Part shown: piece by piece, positions 58,592-64,000 of the stretch
How positions within the stretch are numbered: the first letter of the stretch is position 1
Layout of the letters: each line of letters begins with the position of its first letter
Assembly (NCBI GenBank): GCA_002371465.1
Contig: DFIU01000010.1
Span: 236,638-300,637, forward strand
Source: Lachnospiraceae bacterium UBA3689
Lineage (GTDB): Bacteria; Bacillota; Clostridia; Lachnospirales; Lachnospiraceae
Reading direction: 5' to 3'
DNA length: 64,000 bases
The notes under the pieces: generated by a model
The model's database searches: none
What the model was told of the DNA's origin: nothing
The model's input: only the letters and a program-made list of their open reading frames with translations
Translations under genes and position numbers: made by a program

Positions 58592-59284
58592 TTGATCAAA
58601 GAGAATCTGAAGAAGGTACAGGAACGAATCGAAGCAGCCTGCCAAAGAAGCGGAAGAAAGACATCCGATGTAACCCTGATTGCCGTCAGCAAGACCAAGC
58701 CCGAGGAGGACATCATGGCTCTTTATGAGACGGGGCAGCGTGACTTCGGGGAAAATTACATCCAGGAGCTGCGGAAAAAGCACGACGGCCTGCCCAAGGA
58801 TATCCGCTGGCACATGATCGGTCATCTGCAGCGAAACAAGGTCAAGTACATCGCCGAATACGTCTCCCTGATCCATTCCGTCGACTCCCTCTTGCTGGCG
58901 CAGACGATTGAAAAGGAGGCGGTCAAGCACGACCGGGTCATCCCCATCCTCATTGAAGTCAACGTTGCCCGGGAGGAGAGCAAATTCGGGGTTTCCATCG
59001 AGGATGCCCCCAAACTGGCGGATCAGATTGCAGACCTTCCCCATGTCAGGGTCGAAGGTTTTATGACCAGTGCCCCCTTTGTAGAAGATCCGGAAGAGGA
59101 CAGACCGTTCTTTCGTAGTTTGCGCCAATTAAGTGTTGACATGAATTCAAAAAACTATAATAATGTAAATGTTAATGTGCTTAGTATGGGCATGACCAAC
59201 GATTTTGAAGTTGCGGTGGAAGAGGGTTCGACCATGGTCCGGGTCGGTACAGCAATCTTCGGAGAACGCAATTACAAGAACTGA
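58592..59284 (+). CDS. yggS: PLP homeostasis protein
   Basis: LIAVSKT, FGENYIQE, WHMIGHLQRNK, LSMGMTND, VRVGTAIFG; TTG start after SD aggag. Confidence 0.95.
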   Translation: MIKENLKKVQERIEAACQRSGRKTSDVTLIAVSKTKPEEDIMALYETGQRDFGENYIQELRKKHDGLPKDIRWHMIGHLQRNKVKYIAEYVSLIHSVDSLLLAQTIEKEAVKHDRVIPILIEVNVAREESKFGVSIEDAPKLADQIADLPHVRVEGFMTSAPFVEDPEEDRPFFRSLRQLSVDMNSKNYNNVNVNVLSMGMTNDFEVAVEEGSTMVRVGTAIFGERNYKN

Positions 59285-59298
59285 ATGGAGACGGATGA

Positions 59299-59958
59299 AT
59301 GAGTTTTGTAGATAGGTTCCTCAGCGCAATCAAACTCAATGACGACTATGATGACGATGAGGACTTTCTCGACGACGAAGAAGAGGAAGAAGAGGACGAG
59401 GAACTCGAAGAGAGCAGACCCAGACGCCGTTTCTTCAGTCGTTTTTCAACCGATGAAGACGCAGAAGAAGAGGGCGACTTTTCCAATGACTCCGACTTTG
59501 AAGTTCCGGCAAGGGAAAGACGTTCCCGTAAGATCGCTCCGTCAAGGAGAGAGAGAAGACCGGAACCGGCTCGCCCGGCAAGGGAGGAAGCTCCCCGGCG
59601 GGAGTATGGCAGACCTGCCAGAAAGAATAAGGTAACGCCGATTACCAGAAAGAAAAATGCGGTTTCTAATATGGAAGTAAATGTAATCAGACCGTCTTCA
59701 ATGGAAGATACGAGAGATATCGCCGATACCCTGATGAATAACTTTACCGTTGTTCTCAACCTGGAGGGTCTGGATGTCGATATCGCCCAGCGGGTCATTG
59801 ACTTTACCTGCGGCGTCTGCTATTCCCTGAATGGCAATTTGCAGAAGGTATCCAGTTACATCTTCATCCTGACGCCGTCCAACGTCGATATCTCCGGTGA
59901 TTTCCAGAGCATTTTAAACGGAGCTTTTGATATCCCATCCATGTCTTCTCAGTATTGA
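59299..59958 (+). CDS. sepF: Cell division protein SepF with long charged linker
   Basis: C-terminal domain VVLNLEG...AQRVIDFTCG...IFILTP; follows yggS. Confidence 0.9.
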   Translation: MSFVDRFLSAIKLNDDYDDDEDFLDDEEEEEEDEELEESRPRRRFFSRFSTDEDAEEEGDFSNDSDFEVPARERRSRKIAPSRRERRPEPARPAREEAPRREYGRPARKNKVTPITRKKNAVSNMEVNVIRPSSMEDTRDIADTLMNNFTVVLNLEGLDVDIAQRVIDFTCGVCYSLNGNLQKVSSYIFILTPSNVDISGDFQSILNGAFDIPSMSSQY

Positions 59959-59978
59959 TTCTTAATTGATCTTGATTC

Positions 59979-60009
59979 AAAAGCATCAGCATGACCTGCT
60001 GGTGCTTTT
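59979..60009 (+). terminator. Intrinsic terminator after sepF
   Basis: aaaagcatcagca-tgacc-tgctggtgctttt. Confidence 0.75.
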
Positions 60010-60027
60010 CTTATAAGGAGAGGTCCC

Positions 60028-61086
60028 ATGACAGAACCCATCATCAGGGCAAGTTACGACGATCTGACCCAAAGCCTTAAGGAGCTTACGATTCCCAAAC
60101 ATCGGGTCTGCATCGTCGGCGACAGCCATACCATCCCCCTCTACCTGGACCGGATCCGGGCAGCCTGCCAGCCGGTCTTTACGGAAGTCCATTCCTTTAT
60201 GTGGCAGGCAGGGGAAGAGTATAAAAATCTCGATTCCATCCGGGATTTGATCGGCTATCTGCTTAAGCTGGGCTTTGACCGCAGGGACTGCCTGCTCGCC
60301 TTAGGCGGAGGGGTAGTCGGTGATATGACCGGCTTTGCTGCCGCGGTCTATCTAAGGGGGATTCCGGTCATCCAGGTTCCGACGACCCTGCTGTCCCAGA
60401 TCGATTCCAGCATCGGTGGCAAGACCGGAGTCGACTTTGATGGTTATAAAAATATGGTCGGCGCCTTTCATCTGCCGGTCCTGGTCTATACCGGAATATC
60501 CTCCCTGTCAACTTTGCCTGAAGACCAGCTTATTTCGGGTATGGGCGAGGTGGTCAAATCCGCTCTTTTGGGAAATGCGGACCTCTTTGCCTGGCTCAGG
60601 GACCATGTCCAAGAAATAAAAGACAAGGACCCTGCCGCCATTTATCAGATGGTCTTGGATACGGCAAAGATCAAGACAGAGATCGTCAAAGCCGATCCGA
60701 CCGAACAGGGCATCCGCGCCTATTTGAATTTCGGTCACACCATCGGCCACGCCATTGAAAAATACAAGAATTTTTCGCTGCAGCACGGAGTCTGCGTGGG
60801 TCTGGGTCTGGTCGCTGCCTCCTACATGAGTATGAAGCGGGGGCTCATTTCAAAGGCGGATCTGGAGGAAATTGAAACGATCTGCCGCGCCTTTGACCTG
60901 CCCACCAGGGTCTCCTGTCTTGACTCCGACCGGATCCTTACCATCACCAGGTCCGATAAAAAGATGGTAAACGGCAGGATTCGCTTTATCCTGCTTAAGG
61001 CAATCGGTCAAGCCTTAATCGCGGACGACGTATCCGATCAGGAAATACTGGACGGTCTTACTTACATCATGGAGGAAACAGAATGA
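60028..61086 (+). CDS. aroB: 3-dehydroquinate synthase
   Basis: GEEYK, LGGGVVGD, PTTLLSQIDSSIGGKTG, LNFGHTIGHA, DKK. Confidence 0.95.
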   Translation: MTEPIIRASYDDLTQSLKELTIPKHRVCIVGDSHTIPLYLDRIRAACQPVFTEVHSFMWQAGEEYKNLDSIRDLIGYLLKLGFDRRDCLLALGGGVVGDMTGFAAAVYLRGIPVIQVPTTLLSQIDSSIGGKTGVDFDGYKNMVGAFHLPVLVYTGISSLSTLPEDQLISGMGEVVKSALLGNADLFAWLRDHVQEIKDKDPAAIYQMVLDTAKIKTEIVKADPTEQGIRAYLNFGHTIGHAIEKYKNFSLQHGVCVGLGLVAASYMSMKRGLISKADLEEIETICRAFDLPTRVSCLDSDRILTITRSDKKMVNGRIRFILLKAIGQALIADDVSDQEILDGLTYIMEETE

Positions 61087-61604
61087 AGCAGAGAAAAAGC
61101 ATAAAAAACTGGCTGGGCGCGGTCTTTTTGACCGCCATCCTGATCCTTTTCGATCAGGTGACCAAGGTCCTTGCCGTAAACAAGCTGAAAGACGGTCCTG
61201 TCAACCTGATTCCCGGAGTCTTCCAGCTTCAGTACCTGGAGAACCATGGGGCGGCATTTGGCATCCTGCAGGGACAGCAGATCTTCTTTTATCTCATCAC
61301 CGCCCTCATACTCCTTGCCGTCATCTGGTTCTACAGCCGGATCCCCGGGGGCAGGATCTACCGTCTGCTGCGCCTTCTTTGCGCCATCATCACAGCCGGG
61401 GCAGTCGGAAATCTGATCGACCGGATCGGGTTTCATTATGTGCGGGATTTCCTTTATTTTTCTCTGATCGATTTCCCCATTTTTAACGTGGCGGATATCT
61501 ATGTCACCTGCTCCGCGGTCTTATTTGTCATCTGCATCCTCTTTGTCTATAAGGACGACCAGTTCGCCTTTTTAAAGGGGAAGAGGGAGACCCGCCATGC
61601 CTGA
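61083..61604 (+). CDS. lspA: Lipoprotein signal peptidase
   Basis: DQVTK, ENHGAAFG, GNLIDR, FPIFNVAD. Confidence 0.95.
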   Translation: MKQRKSIKNWLGAVFLTAILILFDQVTKVLAVNKLKDGPVNLIPGVFQLQYLENHGAAFGILQGQQIFFYLITALILLAVIWFYSRIPGGRIYRLLRLLCAIITAGAVGNLIDRIGFHYVRDFLYFSLIDFPIFNVADIYVTCSAVLFVICILFVYKDDQFAFLKGKRETRHA

Positions 61605-62553
61605 TTCAAACCGCGCGGAGATTGACGGGGAACTGACCATCCGAGTGGGGGAGGAGCAGGCTGGGCAGCGTCTGGACCGCTTGCTTATGACTGCTGTTCC
61701 CGACCAGTCCCGGACCTATATCCAGACCCTCATCGACGACGGATATGTTACAATAAAAGGGAAGAAAGTCAAGCGCAGCCTTAAGCCCGATATGGGAAGC
61801 AGCATCCTCGTTCAGATTCCCAAACCCAGAGACCTGGACGTCCTGCCCGAGAAAATGGATCTCGATATCCTCTATGAGGACGATGATCTGCTGATCGTCA
61901 ATAAACCCAAGGGTATGACGGTTCATCCCGCGCCTGGGGTAAACCGGCATACCCTGGTCAATGGAATTCTCTACCACTGCAGAGACCAGCTGTCCGGCAT
62001 CAATGGGGTCTTGCGGCCGGGCATTGTCCACCGCATCGATAAAAATACGACGGGTGCCCTCATCGTCTGTAAGAACGATTCTTCTCACCGCAAGATCGCC
62101 GACCAGCTCAAGGTCCATTCGATCACCCGCAAGTACCGGGGCGTTGTCATCGGCAACCTGCCGGATGATGTCGGCACCATTGAAGGGAATATCGGGCGCA
62201 GCCCCCGGGACCGGAAGAAGATGGCGGTCCTGAAGGAGGGCGGCAAACCCGCTGTCACCCATTACCGGGTCTTAAGGCGCTATGGGACCTATACCTACTG
62301 CGAATTTACGCTGGAAACCGGCAGGACCCATCAGATCCGGGTCCACATGGCTTCCATCGGGCATCCCCTCCTGGGAGATGACCTGTACGGTCCCAAGCGG
62401 TGCCCGTTTCATCTGGAGGGGCAGACGCTGCATGCCATGACGATCGGTTTTATCCATCCGACGTCAGGGGAATACGTGGAATACAGCGCCCCCCTGCCGG
62501 CTTATTTTCAAAAACTCTTAAACAAACTGGAAGGAGGTATCCATTATGAATGA
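61597..62553 (+). CDS. RluA/RluD family pseudouridine synthase
   Basis: S4 domain, NKPKGM.VHP, GIVHRIDKNTTG, TGRTHQIRVH. Confidence 0.94.
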   Translation: MPDSNRAEIDGELTIRVGEEQAGQRLDRLLMTAVPDQSRTYIQTLIDDGYVTIKGKKVKRSLKPDMGSSILVQIPKPRDLDVLPEKMDLDILYEDDDLLIVNKPKGMTVHPAPGVNRHTLVNGILYHCRDQLSGINGVLRPGIVHRIDKNTTGALIVCKNDSSHRKIADQLKVHSITRKYRGVVIGNLPDDVGTIEGNIGRSPRDRKKMAVLKEGGKPAVTHYRVLRRYGTYTYCEFTLETGRTHQIRVHMASIGHPLLGDDLYGPKRCPFHLEGQTLHAMTIGFIHPTSGEYVEYSAPLPAYFQKLLNKLEGGIHYE

Positions 62554-63169
62554 ATCCAAAGCGATTGTCACCATCGGCCGTCAGACGGGGTCCGGAGGCA
62601 GGGAGATCGGTCAGAGGCTGGCTGAGGCTCTGAAGATCCCCTTTTATGACAGGGAGCTTCTGGTCAGGGCAGCCAAGGAGAGCGGTATGGACGAAGCCAT
62701 CTTTGACAATCACGATGAGCAGCCGTCTAAGAGCCTTCTCTATTCCATGGCTATGGGGACCTTCTCCTTCGGCTTTCCGCAGACGTCCTACCAGGATATG
62801 CCCTTTGACCACAAGGTCTTCCTTGCCCAGTTCGACGCCATTCAGAAAATAGCGGAAGAGGGACCCTGCGTCATCGTCGGCCGCTGCGCCGACTACGCCC
62901 TTGAGGAAAACCCCAACCTGCTTTCGGTCTTTATTTTGGGAAATGAAGAGGACCGGGTGCGGCGGATCGCGGCAAGGCGGGAACTAAGTCCGGAGAAGGC
63001 GAAAGATTTTATCCGCAGAAATGACAAGCGCCGGTCTGCCTACTACGACTATTACGCCAACAAGAAGTGGGGCGCTTCCGGCAGCTATGATATGTGCCTC
63101 AACAGCTCCGTCTTTGGCATCAAGGGCTGTATCGAACTCATTAAAGAGGCTCTTTTGTGCAAAAAATGA
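62546..63169 (+). CDS. Cytidylate kinase-like family protein
   Basis: TIGRQTGSGGREIG, GPCVIVGRCAD, YDMCLNSS. Confidence 0.85.
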   Translation: MNESKAIVTIGRQTGSGGREIGQRLAEALKIPFYDRELLVRAAKESGMDEAIFDNHDEQPSKSLLYSMAMGTFSFGFPQTSYQDMPFDHKVFLAQFDAIQKIAEEGPCVIVGRCADYALEENPNLLSVFILGNEEDRVRRIAARRELSPEKAKDFIRRNDKRRSAYYDYYANKKWGASGSYDMCLNSSVFGIKGCIELIKEALLCKK

Positions 63170-63230
63170 ATGGGACTGGGGCGGGGGACGAAACCGAAAA
63201 GGAAGCCTTAAGTGGCTTAAGAGAGGACCT

Positions 63231-64000
63231 ATGAACAAGAAGAAACAGAAAAATCCATACCTGCAGATCGGAATGACCGCCTTTTTCGTTCTTGCTGCCA
63301 GCATGCTCTTTTATTTTCTTCTTTTTCGGACCTCGACCATCCGACTCGGCTTAAAGAAATTTTTCGAGGTCGTCAATCCCATTCTCTATGGCTTTGTCAT
63401 CGCCTATCTGCTGGATCCCCAGATGACCTTCCTCGAAAATATCATTTACCGGATCATGAAAAAGCTCAAGGTTAAGCCAGGCAAACGGGCGCGCAAGGTT
63501 GTCCGGATCATCTGTGCCTTTGCCGCCATCCTCATTGCCATCCTGATTATCTACGCCCTGCTTGCTATGGTCGTGCCGGAGCTCATCACCAGCATCCGGA
63601 ACATCATCATCAATATCCCGGTCTATCAGAGAAATATCAATTCCTTTATCCGGGAAAACTTCCACAATCCCGAGGCTGACACCAGGACAGCCTCGGCGAT
63701 CAATGATGCCTTAAATTATCTGTCCAACTGGGCAAATCACAACCTGCTGCCGGTCTTAAATGATATGGCGGACACCCTGCCCAAGCGGATCGTAAACTTC
63801 ATCACCTTCCTTAAGAATATCTTTCTGGGTACGATTGTATCCGTCTATGTCCTGGTGGCAAAGGAGGTTCTGCTTGCCCGCTTTAAAAGGATCCTCTATG
63901 CTTTTTTGCCGACCCAATCAGCCAACCGGGCACTTTTAAATCTGCGTTTTGTCGATGAAAAATTCGGTGGTTTCCTTATCGGCAAAGTGATTGATTCCGC
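63231..64000 (+). CDS. AI-2E family transporter, 3' truncated by window
   Basis: Not in the ORF track (no stop in window). SD gagagga, ATG 63231: MNKKKQKNPYLQIGMTAFFVLAAS...PILYGFVIAYLLDP...VPELITSI. Confidence 0.8.
   Translation, partial: MNKKKQKNPYLQIGMTAFFVLAASMLFYFLLFRTSTIRLGLKKFFEVVNPILYGFVIAYLLDPQMTFLENIIYRIMKKLKVKPGKRARKVVRIICAFAAILIAILIIYALLAMVVPELITSIRNIIINIPVYQRNINSFIRENFHNPEADTRTASAINDALNYLSNWANHNLLPVLNDMADTLPKRIVNFITFLKNIFLGTIVSVYVLVAKEVLLARFKRILYAFLPTQSANRALLNLRFVDEKFGGFLIGKVIDS

Noticed and set aside
63231-64000. Linking the AI-2E transporter with the LsrB-like lipoprotein as a quorum-sensing system
   Set aside because: They are 60 kb apart, AI-2E is a broad family name, and the lipoprotein pocket departs from LsrB.

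Overview
Almost entirely core-genome housekeeping DNA from a Clostridia-class bacterium, most likely Lachnospiraceae (inferred from gene order and protein style). It holds 63 CDS, 61 on the + strand, which suggests + is the leading strand. The first and last CDS are cut by the window edges. Blocks in order: degenerate glgB-like gene, mscS, orphan sugar-binding lipoprotein, hdeD-like, mrp; tRNA-Thr(CGT); ylxM-ffh-rpsP-khpA-rimM-trmD-rplS-lepB-rbgA-rnhB-yraN; pgeF; rqcH; yicC-gmk-rpoZ-rimO-pgsA-cinA; icd; ABC-F; nnr-alr-CBS-yebC-uppP-ftsK; nfnAB; rlmH-phoH-ybeY-proB-proA; miaB-mutS-mutL-miaA-ynbB; radC-mreBCD-pbp2-rodA-dac; P-loop/HlyD-like-yggS-sepF; aroB-lspA-rluA-cmk-like-AI-2E. I found no integrase, transposase, CRISPR array, rRNA or defence island, so there is no clear new multi-gene system. 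The best leads are: (1) two overlapping palindromic boxes built from -35-like half-sites over a probably leaderless ylxM-ffh promoter (possible YlxM autoregulation); (2) a GlgB paralog that has lost catalytic region IV; (3) an MreB in the mreBCD operon with degenerate hydrolysis motifs; (4) an uncharacterised P-loop plus HlyD-like gene pair beside yggS-sepF; (5) several unexplained intergenic palindromes and repeats. All family calls come from motifs recognised by eye; no searches were run.
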